Source: Antedon mediterranea (taxonomy: Eukaryota; Animalia; Echinodermata). From it: DNA of 64,000 nt. Shown piece by piece: positions 1 to 12,800 of the stretch. Every line of letters begins with the position of its first letter. Position 1 is the first letter of the stretch. Made by a program: the position numbers and the translations under genes. Below the pieces are notes generated by a model. It searched no databases. It was not told where the DNA came from and saw only the letters and a list, made by a program, of their open reading frames with translations. The stretch lies in assembly GCF_964355755.1 (NCBI RefSeq), contig NC_092674.1:25544001-25608000 (forward strand). The letters run 5' to 3'.

Positions 1-800
1 ATTATTTTTAGGGGGTTTAAGGTTGTAAGATACATAACAGATGGAGTATCTCATTATTTTTAGGGGGGTTTAAGGTTGTAAGATACATAGCAGATGGAGT
101 ATCTAATTATTTTTAGTGGGGTTTAAGGTTGTAAGATACATAGCAGATTGAGTATCTCATTATTTTTAGGGGGGTTCAAGGTTGTAAGATACATAGCAGA
201 TGGAGTATCTCATTATTTTTAGGGGGTTTAAGGTTGTAAGATACATAGCAGATGGAGTATCTCATTATTTTTAGGGGGTTTAAGGTTGTAAGATACATAG
301 CAGATGGAGTATCTCATTATTTTTAGGGGGGTTTAAGGTTGTAAGATACATAGCAGATGGAGTATCTCATTATTTTTAGGGGGGTTTAAGGTTGTAAGAT
401 ACATAGCAGATGGAGTATCTCATTATTTTTAGGGGGTTTACGGTTGTAAGATACATAGCAGATGGAGTATCTCATTATTTTTAGGGGGGTTTAAGGTTGT
501 AAGATACATAGCAGATGGAGTATCTCATTATTTTTAGGGGGGTTTAAGGTTGTAAGATACATAGCAGATGGAGTATCTCATTATTTTTAGGGGGTTTAAG
601 GTTGTAAGATACATAGCAGATGGAGTATCTCATTATTTTTAGGGGATATAAGGTTGTAAGATACATAGCAGATGGAGTATCTCATTATTTTTAGGGGGGT
701 TTAAGGTTGTAAGATACATAGCAGATGGAGTATCTCATTATTTTTAGGGGGTTTAAGGTTGTAAGATACATAGCAGATGGAGTATCTCATTATTTTTAGG
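1..800. repeat. 52-53 bp minisatellite, about 15 copies, in a WDR17 intron
   Basis: Unit ATTATTTTTAGGGGG(G)TTTAAGGTTGTAAGATACATAGCAGATGGAGTATCTC; G-run length varies; continues off the window edge. Confidence 0.97.
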
Positions 801-814
801 AGTGGTTTTGGTAC

Positions 815-3800
815 CTTGCATGTTGTAACATTGGAATGACGACATCATCGTATTGGTTCTGGAAAGCTTTCAGAGCTCCAACATACGCACTGATAATAAG
901 TAACTCGGTTCGCAATCTGAAAATGAAAACACCAAGAAAATCAATTTTGTCCAACTGGCACTGGTCATTTTCAAACTATATGCGCTTACATTGCAGGGGT
1001 TACAGGCAAGAGAAAAGAAAGAAAAACAAAACGTACTGTGCGTTCTTCAAGCGTTTCAGTCTGCATTTTCTGATACAACTGAGTAGATCAACTAACGGCG
1101 CAACACTGTCTAGGTGAATCGTTGGACTTTTCAACTTATCTAAAAAAAAATTGTCAAATTGTTAATACACAATTTGTGTAAATTTAATAACTGCTGTGAA
1201 ATAACTTTGGGTAGGGAGTAAAGTAATTGATTTAGATGTTTTGCCCTACTCAAACATACCAAAATTTGTAGGTAATTCAAACTCAAACCAAGGTCTCTAG
1301 ATAACTAGCATGAATAGGGTAGAACATCTGACCGATAGCAAATGTGTACACTGTATTATTACACATCCCCAAGAAATCAAACAGCATCGGCAAACTATTA
1401 AGAAAATGTTGGCACTTTCATATAAGCAAAAAAACATAAAAGCATACAAACTTAGCACTCTCAATTCCCACAGGGTTACATAATAAAAGTTATAGCTACC
1501 TTTTAACTCCGGCATTGCAACCTCAAGAGCCAGTTCAGGTGATGATGACAAGAGACAATATTTGACAAACTCCATCAAGTTGCCTTTTGACTTAAACTCT
1601 TCAGCCAGTGATAAACATTCATCCATGTCCGGTAATCCACACTTAAAGAATATTAAAGAAAGAAATTATGAAGTTCAGACTAGAGTAACATTTACAGCAG
1701 AACCTTCAAAATTATTAATTATTCATTAATTCATATTCAAATTTATTTCGACAAAGAAGATACATAATATATAATTGTTACAATATAAATTGGGAAAGCT
1801 CACTAAATTTTTTTCCCTTTCTCATACAATTGGAAAAAAAAATAAAAAAGAACAAATTCATAAATAAATATGGTACTAGCAAAAAAGTAAATTATAACCA
1901 TCACAGTGACTTGTGAAGCCTAGGCCTACTGTAACAACTAGAAAAGCTACATACCAGGGAAGTTATCTACTCCATTGAGGTTTTAAAATTTAGTTTAGAG
2001 TAGACTACATGTGTATGGATGCTTGCCATAGCAATTTATATAAGGTAACAAAGGTACATGCTCTCTCTTAGTTAGAGTATACCGTAAATACTTATCTGAG
2101 CCTCTCTTTGCCTGGGTTCATTGGCTTTTATAACTAGCCATACATATTGCTTTTGAAATCCATTATCTGAGCCTCTCTTTTTGCCTGGCTTCATTGGCTT
2201 TTATAACTAGCCATACATATTGCTTTTGAAACCCATTATCTGAACCTCTCTCTTTGCCTGGCTTCATTGGCTTTTATAACTAGCCATACATATTGCTTTT
2301 GAAACCCATTATCTGAGCCTCTCTTTTTGCCTGGCTTCATTGGCTTTTATAACTAGCCATACATATTGCTTTTGAAACCCATTATCTGAACCTCTCTCTT
2401 TGCCTGGCTTCATTGGCTTATAACTATAATTAGCCACACATATTGCTTTTGAAACTTTTTTTAAAATTTTTAGAGCACAAAATCTGCGTAATATTCACCT
2501 GTTGATGGCAGTGGTTAATTTCAGATGAGCTTCCCTGGCATCTTGCACACACCTTGATTAAATCAAGTCTATTGTCAGGAATCGTCTTTAACAAGTCAAT
2601 CGCAAGATCCCTGAAATCAAAACTCCAATTAGATTTTTTATATTATTTTTCAGGATTTTTAGTAAGTGCCAGGGGGCAAGAGACATACTGGTGTTGCTAC
2701 AACCTCTCTTCTTTCAACAACCATAAAATTAACATAAAATGATTTATACTAACAAACATTACTGTTTATATGCCTAATATGTTTTACATCTTTAACGTAT
2801 TTTCATAAACTTCCTCATATCGTACAACTACTCGTAACAAATTTTCTCAACTTTCTATCATCTAAAAGTCGTAGTTAGTCATGTATCGGGTCACATTCTA
2901 TGGTCACCGTACAGATAGGCTACTACATCAGTACTTCTATGAATGGATGACTAGTTGGTGACAAGAACGCTAGTTGGTCATACCCAGTACCGTTTTGATT
3001 TTACGATCTTTCGGGAAACCACCTCACGACCACGTTCACAATTTAACAATGTGAGGGGACCTTATTGATTGTACTGAACATTTGTGTTGAATGTGCCATT
3101 TTAATGTTCTAGAATAGTTATTCACTTTGACCAAAAAATAGATTTTAAAAATTAATCAAAACTGTAATTTAAAGCAAAAAATGGTTGAATGTAACCGTTT
3201 GTTTTGTAAAAACATTTTTTTAAGTGATAAAACTAAAAAATGCCCTATTCAAAATCTGATTTTATTAATCTTCATTTTTCATGTTTTTGGTGGACAATGC
3301 ATCTTTAAGTGAAATATTATTATTTAATGGCAATATCTCTTTCACCTTTAAATATTTTCTCACCATTTTTTAAGTCTTTCACACCTCCTAGAAAGTAATT
3401 TAATTGCCATTGAAACGAATGGCGTAGCATCAGGTGACTTGAGGGCGCTTCCAATACTCACGACTAACTCCAACTCGTTTCCTCGCATTAACTTTGATAA
3501 AGCTTTCTGTAAAATAAATTATTAATACATAATTGTAATAAATAATAAAATTTTTTGTAGTTTAGCCTAATAGTCAGATGTATAAATATTTTCCTGAGAC
3601 AATACATTTGAAAGAAAACCTCACTTTTTATTTGTTATCTTGCCCACATTTAACTTAACTATACATGTCCGTGGTAGGATGGGACATCCAGTACTACTAT
3701 AAAATGACAGATGATAGATAATAAACATATCTTACCTTGATGTCGCCAATAGATAAATGACAACATGCAGAACGGACTGGAGAGCCATCTTGAAAATGCC

Positions 3801-6800
3801 AAAAAGCGAGTTTATCTACAGCGTCAGTAAGTATTCTGAATCATAAAGATATACAGATAAAAACAGATCATTATATTTTTTCCATACAAGTCAAAATGGA
3901 CATTGATATATTAAAACTTAGCCAACGGTAACACTACAGATTTAATTTGAGATACCAGAAGAACATAAAATCCTTTACCTTAATTGATCTTCACTTGGAC
4001 CAGCCACTCCATTGGGTAAGGAGGAAATTTGTTCATTATTTACAGAGAGTTCTTGAAAAGCTCCCTCAACGGCAGCTTGAGCAACACAGACAGCATCATT
4101 AAGCCGGCCATGTTTACAGAAATAGTCTGTTAGTTCTTGTAAATGGTTGGTGGCTATAAAGTATGGTATGCACTCATCATTATCCTGTCGGCAAAGATAT
4201 TCACCTCGTCTAAAAACATAATTAGCAAAATGTTGATACTATACACAGAAGTGTTTTAACATTAACATGAATTACAGTAAAACTCCTTGAAAATGAACGA
4301 AGACAACAGCTCGAGGAACAAACAAGGGGCAATATATTTTTACACTTTTTTTAGAGGAGACCTCTAATAAAGGGACACTTTAAGGTACCCACCCCCCATC
4401 GCCCCACTCAACTGTATTAATAATATACAGAGAATATACCATAATTCCTAATTACAAATAAAAATATTTCTAACCTTTTTACCAGTGAACTCCAATATTG
4501 CATCGAAATAGCAGGTGCAATGGATAGGGCTTTTTCCCACTAAAATGTGGCAAAAAAAAATTATTGTTTTTTCAAAACTACTGTAGTTAAATAAACACAC
4601 ACATACTGAAAAGTCAAATAGTAATAGTACATAAGATATTTTTGGTATAAGGATAATTTTTTTGATACAAAGAAAAATCAAAAACCGATACAAATGAATA
4701 AAAGAAGTTGTAGATACAAAGTATTAGGTCGCCAATTCTATAAACAGGAAGTGATTCCAACAGATTCAACAAATGGCCACCGTAGTTCAAATATTATTTA
4801 GTACATTATATAAAAATAAAAATAATCTAAAATTATATACAAGAATAACCATAAATACAAACACATATATTTGTTAAAGCACATCTTACATAAAAATAAG
4901 TGTATTGTTAATCGCAATAAAACTAGATTTGAACTCGTCACTACGGACGGGTTAGGTTATCCACAGCCCAAATGCCACGTGCACGTCATACGTTAGAATA
5001 CTGCGCGCAGAAAAACGATTATGCCATTGAAAAAAATGTTAGTGTGCTCTATATTTTGTGTCACGTCAAAGTATATACGGTATACACTATATACTGTATA
5101 CGTACTACATACAGTTCAGAATAGGTTAAAATAAGTGACCAAAGTTAATGACGGTTTTGAACATGATGACGTCATCACAATTTTTAAAATGGCAAATCAT
5201 GTGAAAGATAATTGATTGACCTAGACAATATAAAGAAATGGGGGAAAATGGAATACGGATAAGTAGAGATGCGCTCTATTAAATGTGACGAGCTATGAGG
5301 AAAGAGACAAAAATCCTATATTTTATATTCGAGTAGCCATACGATGACGTCACAATGTCCCGTTAGCCATATTGATTTATGATTCGATATCTACAACTTA
5401 TCACCTTCCAAAATCTGTAATTTTAAAAAAGTTCACCACGTAGTTTAGAATCTATGACAGTTTAAAAAAGGCATAATTTTCACGAATTTTTGAACTTTTT
5501 AATCAAAAACGCGTGCAAATTGTTCAATTCTACGTGCTCGTATGATGTGATTTCAAGTTGAAATTGTTTGAAAGTTGGTAAAATGACTAGAAAAGGCTTG
5601 AAAAATATTATAGTATATCTATGGTAGATACACATACCTCATCTAGCTGAATCATCAGCTCACAATAGGTGGATATGTTTCCTAGTTTTATGTGTATATG
5701 TGCTGCTTCTCGTAGCTTCTCTTCACAAGATCTTGAGCCTCCTAGTCTTCTATATTGAGATAACTTTGCTAGTTGTAATTGTTGTGCATCCGACTGTTAA
5801 CAAATAAACAATACATGTTTTTGTTACATTTTCCTTTAAAGGATTATATCACATGCGATATCTGCACCGCTAGAATGCTGTTGAAGTGTCATACATATGT
5901 AAAGCTCTGTTTACACTATCAAACTATGTGACAAAAAAATGTGATGTGCCCATATATGGACATAATGATGTCATATCACTACCATATTTAAGCATATCAC
6001 TACCATATTTGGGCATATCACACTTTTTTTGTCAAACGAGTTTGATAGTGTAGACAGAACTTAAGGGGTGTGGCGCAGTGTGTTGGACGTTGAACTACTG
6101 ATCGTGGGTTTGAATCCAATGCTTGCCACATTGCTTGTATCCTTAGGAAAAACACTTTACTTAGATTTGCCTCTCTCCACCCAGGTGTACAAATGGGTAC
6201 CTGGTAAGGTCAACCACAACTTTTGAGCTGATTAGATGCATTATGGGAGTATGTTTCCATACATGTTTTATCCAAAAATGACCAGGGGTAATAATATGTA
6301 CAGCGCTTAGAGGTTTTTACAGCATTAGGCACTTTATAAATCCAGTTATTATTATATCCTTACAAAATCAGATACTATGGTATCCATACGAGAAACAGCT
6401 AGATAATAAAAGATATGGTTTGACACTCACTGCCTTGTATTTTAGAAGATGTTTTGTATGAAGAATACCCTTGTCATAGTCTTGAGATAATAAGATGTCA
6501 TCTTCACCATTCACGATTGACACCAATTCCCACAAATTTTTACAACCATTTGGTATCTTCAGAAACAAGAAAAATAAAAATGATTTTCTAATAAAGATTT
6601 GAACTTAGAATTCAACTGTGATTAGTGAGCACTTACCAACTGTGCCACTATTATGCAAGAACATGTACAATGAAAGCAATTGAAAGAACAAATAAGTTGG
6701 CACTCACCATAAAAAGTTCAGAAAACCATTTTAGTATGACATCATATTGAATAGTTCCCTTTGATTGGTCAATTTTAAACTTGATGTCACGTGTCAATCG

Positions 6801-9800
6801 CCCTGACAACAAAGGCTCGCATCCAACTGTCATAGAATGCTCTGAAATACAAACTGTTTAAAAACACATTTTAATATTCACATATTGAAGATATAAATAA
6901 AATAAATAAATAATAAATGAAAATTATATAAACAATGTCTTGTGTGTATGTTTCTTGTATTTGTGATTATTAAAGAGAGAGAGAGAGGGGAGGGGGGTGG
7001 TGGTGCTGCTTTATTAGCCACATAGCCGTCCCTCTGCAGAAAACTTGTCTCCAACTAGCAAAAAATAAAACAAAAATAAAACAGAGAATCTTACAATTTT
7101 TCCATATAAAATAATGTAGTTGTCACTATAGGGCTCTACACTATCCAACTTTATGTGACAAAAAAAATGTGATGTGCCCATAAATGGAATGAGGATGTTA
7201 TATCACTAACATATTCGGGCAGATCACACTTTTTTTTGTCAAAATAGTTTAATGGTCTTGACTTGGCTTAATCTGTTTACACTATCAAACTTTATGTGAC
7301 AAAAAAATGTGATGTCATCATACTTTTTTAGTTCAGATAGACAAATGATAAAAAAATTCAACAAAATGATTTTGATACCTGGTGAATTTATGATCTCCTT
7401 CCAAGGACGTTTCGCAATAATCTTCATTTGAACTGATGCTATAATATCTGATAAAGACCAAATTCTCACAGTAGAATCCCGAGAACAAGACGCTAAGGTC
7501 ATAGGTCGACTGTAATGGCTTGTTAGACCATACACATCAGCACCGTGATCAAGAGCTACATCAATACAAGCACCATCTCTGAAAAAACAATGAGAAACAC
7601 TGAATCAAATAAATTAAATCAAAACTGTTAAATTAATCCAATCAAATTAGTGACCATATATGGACATGATGAAGTCATATCAGTACCTAGTTTTTGTCAA
7701 ACTAGTTTGATAGTGTAAACAGAGCTTAAGGCAATGTGCATGATTTTATAAACTAATTTTTACCCTATGTAATTTAAAGTAGGTCTATGCTCACAGTCAT
7801 AAAACTGTAAAAATCAGTACATATATATTCTAATAGTATTTTAACATTCTACACTACGAAAAATCAAGCATTTAACTAAAGATAGTTTGTCTTACCTTGT
7901 GTCCCAAACTCGAATTGCATAGTCCCAGCTACCTGAGAGGAGTAGATAGGGTATCTCAAGATTCCATAACAAGCCACGGACTGGAGCAGTGTGTCCATTC
8001 AACACATTCACGCAGAAATCTTGTGTGTAATCCCAAATACGAATAGTTCTGTAATTTAGAACAAATATACTACAGTGAATCCTTTTTTAATGGGACAACT
8101 TTGGGACACAGGAAAGCGTCTTCTTAATAGGGTTACCCTTTGAATAGGCAGTCGGTGGTATTGTTACAACATATAGTTCCCATCACTTGATTCACAAATG
8201 TACCCTGATTATAGAGATGTTCCTGAATATGGGTTGGCATCAATGTTAAAACATTGCTTCTCGTTGGTTTCACAGGAAAATGTCTTAATAGGGGTGTCCC
8301 CTGAATAGGGGTGTCCCAAAAGAGTGGTTCATTCAACATTTATTTAGAAACAGTTCAAGAAATAAAAGCAGCATACATTTACAATAACTTAAAATTGTAA
8401 CATTTTTAGTCTAAAAAAAAGGAAACAATGATATGACTATTATAGAAAGGGATGAGTGTGCCATTCATTCAGTTGTAACAATAATAACTGGGGCCCACAC
8501 TAGAAGCAAAAGCTTGTCTTATGAGGGTCCCTACAATACAAATGTGTATAAAACATGAAAAGAAATATAAAATAATAAAATAAGTATAAAAAAAAATTAA
8601 AGAGATAAAATATTGAGCATAACAAAAGCTATGTTGTTTAAATGGCTAATAGGTAGTGTTTTACAGATTTGTTTAAAGTAACTAAAGATATAGAAATGTT
8701 TATTTTAACAGGGAGATCATTCCATACTTATATTGGAAACCAAGTCTGAATGTCATTCATATTGATATAAACAAAAAATAAGACAACACATCATGAGACT
8801 AGCCTTCTAAATCAAACACAAAACTGAAATATTACCCATCATCAGAGCCACTGCAGAGGATTCCTTCCCGTAATGGAGACCATTTGACACGGAAGATCTT
8901 GGCAGTATGCCCAGTGAAGACTTTAATAGGCTGATTAGATGTCGTTGCTGTGTAATAAACATGTACCTTTCCTTCTTCAGTTCCTGTTGCTATCATGTCT
9001 CTATAATATTCATAAAATTAAAAATCTAGTCTTATTTTGTATGCGTGAATTAGGTATAAGCATGGGAGATAAACAGTAGTCAGGCTATATTACTTTGCAT
9101 GTGAGAATCAGGTATATGAATGGGAGATAAACAGTGGTCAGGCTATCTTACTTTGCATGTGTGAATCAGGTATAAGAATGGGAGATAAACAGTGGTGAGG
9201 CTATCTTACTTTGCATGTGTGAATCAGGCATAAGAATGGGAGATAAACAGTAGTCAGGCTATATTACTTTGCATGTGTGAATCAGGTATATGAATGGGAG
9301 ATAAACAGTAGTCAGGTTATCTTACTTTGCATGTGTGAATCAGGTATAAGAATGGGAGATAAACAGTGGTCAGGCTATCTTACTTTGCATGTGTGAATCA
9401 GGCATAAGAATGGGAGATAAACAGTAGTCAGGCTATATTACTTTGCATGTGTGAATCAGGTATATGAATGGGAGATAAACAGTAGTCAGGTTATCTTACT
9501 TTGCATGTGTGAATCAGGTATAAGAATGGGAGATAAACAGTGGTCAGGCTATCTTACTTTGCATGTGTGAATCAGGCATAAGAATGGGAGATAAACAGTA
9601 GTCAGGCTATATTACTTTGCATGTGTGAATCAGGTATATGAATGGGAGATAAACAGTAGTCAGGCTATCTTACTTTGCATGTGTGAATCAGGTATAAGAA
9701 TGGGAGATAAACAGTGGTGAGGCTATCTTACTTTGCATGTGTGAATCAGGTATATGAATGGGAGATAAACAGTAGTCAGGCTATCTTACTTTGCATGTGT

Positions 9801-12800
9801 GAATCAGGTATAAGAATGGGAGATAAACAGTGGTGAGGTTATCTTACTTTGCATGTGTGAATCAGGCATAAGAATGGGAGATAAACAGTAGTCAGGCTAT
9901 ATTACTTTGCATGTGTGAATCAGGTATATGAATGGGAGATAAACAGTGGTGAGGCTATCTTACTTTGCATGTGTGAATCAGGTATAAGAATGGGAGATAA
10001 ACAGTGGTGAGGCTATCTTACTTTGCATGTGTGAATCAGGCATAAGAATGGGAGATAAGCAGTGATCAGGCTATCTTACTTTGCATGTGTGAATCAGGCA
10101 TAAGAATGGGATATAAGCAGTGATCAGGCTATCTTAATTTGCATGTGTGAATCAGGTACAAGAATGGGAGAAAAGCAGTAGTTGAGCTGTCATTTTATAG
10201 GTGTGAATAGGGTGTAGAAGGGCAAGTTAATTAGCAGTAGTTTTTAAGTGTGAATCAGGTATAAGCATAAGTTATTAGTTTTATCTTGTAGGTGTAAATC
10301 ACATATTAGAGTGGAAGAAAGCATTTGTTTTATTTTTTATGTGTGAATCTGGTAAAACAATTTTATTTAAAAAAATGCTACCCTCTTACTTGTTGTTAGT
10401 GCTCCAATCACACCCAAAAACACATGACGAATGTTTGTATCTCTGTACACCAGATCCATCAACATTTCTAATAATGCTGCAAAGAGTGTATAATGATGCA
10501 TATTACGCACTTCAAAGAGTGTAAAAGTAAGCATATTCTGCACTTCAGAGGGTGTAATAGTATGCATATTATGCACTTCAAAGAGTGTGTAATAGTATGC
10601 ATATTATGCACTTCAAAGAGTGTAATAGTATGCACTGTAAAGAGTGTAATAGTATGCATATTATGCACTGCAAAGAATGTAATAGTATGTATGTTTTGCA
10701 CTGCAAAGAGTGTAAAAGTATGCATATTCTGCACTTCAAAGAGTGTAATAGTATGCATGTTATGCACTGCAAAGAGTGTAATAGTATGCATATTACGCAC
10801 TTCAAAGAGTGTAATAGTATGCATATTATGCACTGGAAAGAGTGTAATAGTATGCATATTATGCACTGCAAATAGTGTAATAGTATGCATATTATGCACT
10901 GCAAAGAGTGTAACAGTATGCATATTATGCACTGCAAAGAGTGTAATAGTATGCATATTACGCACTGCAAAGAGTGTAATAGTATGCATATTATGCACTG
11001 CAAAGAGTGTAATAGTATGTATGTTTTGCACTGCAAAGAGTGTAATAGTATGCATATTATGCTCTGCAAAGAGTGTAATAGTACGCACATTGTGCACTGC
11101 AAAGAGTGTGTAATAGTATCCATATTATGCACTGCAAAGAGTGTAATAGTACGCACATTGTGCACTGCAAAGAGTGTGTAATAGTATCCATATTATGCAC
11201 TGCAAAGAGTGTAATAGTATGCATGTTATACACTGCGAAAGTGTAATATTATGCATATTATACACACAAGAAATTTATTCATATAGCCTCTGGCCCTGAA
11301 TATGTACATAATTTGATACATTATTGGTGCAAAGATAAATAATGTCTTCTTTCAGAAGAAAATATACAAATAATAGATAAATACGTTTGATAAATTATAA
11401 TATGCATGTTATGCAAGTGTGCAAATAGTCAAATATAATGCATGTTTTGCACTGTAAATAGTTACAGTAGTTGTGTTATAAATAGTTATATCTTAAATCT
11501 CGCCATTTCAAAATTCATGCAGCCTTTTATTTTAATATAAAATTCATTAGAGTATTGAATTGCGAGAGCTACACTTTTGCATATTTGATGATTATGTTAC
11601 AAAAATGTTTTAAATATATTGCATGGTATGAACATTGTCGATCCAAGGACAATGAAAAGAGAATATTACTTTAATTATGGTACCAATGTTTATATAAATG
11701 TATTGATTTTGTCAATGAAAACATAGACATTAGCTTATAGTTTAAAAAGGAAAGAAATTAGATTATAATTGAAATACTTTAAAAGAAATTGATCAAAGTG
11801 TTAAAATGCATAAATTTTAAGCTTTGCTTGTACATTGAGAAAATAAAAAGCAAAAGCAAGAGTTTGTGTTTTGTATTAAATTTTGCATACATTTAATAAT
11901 CAGTTTTAATTTCATTACCAGTAGCCATCCGATCCACATGTTGCAATTTTTCTAGAGTCTAAGTGATTCCATGCCACACAATAAACACCTCCTTTGTGCT
12001 GTGAATTAAATGATAAAAAAATCAGGTTTATTAATCCTGTTTTTACTAGAAAAGATACACGATTTACAAACTTTTTTTCTAAGCTTTGTCTACACTATCA
12101 AACTTTATGTGACAAAAAAATGTGATGCGCCCATATATGGACATATGGATGTCATATCACTATTATATTTGGGCACATCACACTTTTATAATAATAATTT
12201 AGGTGCTTGTATAGTGCCAGTATCTACTAAACTGAAGTAAAAATCAAAGGCGCTTGTATTAGATAAAAAGATGCGTTCTAAGTTCTTTTTAAAAATAGCA
12301 ATAGATGTTGATTTTGTCACATACACTTCGATAGTGTAGACAGTGCTTAATAATAAAATACTGACCTCTTGATATCGGTGGATAATTTTATTTTTATTCA
12401 TATCCCAGATGAAGGCTCCATTCTTGGATGTAGATGCTGCTATACAGTTCAGATCAGCTGTCAATCAAATAAAATTTTATTTAAAAAATGAAGACCAAAA
12501 GATCAAAATATACTCAGGGAAGTAAAAAGAAAGGAGAATGTATGATAGTTAGAGATCTCTAAAAATGCCAGATAATTTAGGATGTTTTCAGTCATCCTCC
12601 AACTTCTCCTGCTAAAGCTCTGTCTACACTATCAAATGTTATGTGACAATTTGATGTGCCCATATATGGACATGATGATGGCATATCACTACCATATTTG
12701 GACATGCCACTACCATATTTGGACACATCACACTTTTTTTGTCAAACTTAAGTTTGATAGTGTAGACAGAGCTTAAAGGGCAATTTCTCAAGATTGATTT

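Noticed and set aside
1-800. TTTTAGGGGG motif as telomeric repeat
   Set aside because: Only part of a 52-53 bp unit within an intron, not a (TTAGGG)n array.
9045-10190. Regular 58 bp array as possible CRISPR
   Set aside because: Whole unit repeats head-to-tail with no spacers.
10468-11181. Cys/His-rich ORFs of about 200 aa on both strands
   Set aside because: Translations of the 33 bp intronic minisatellite; no unique sequence.
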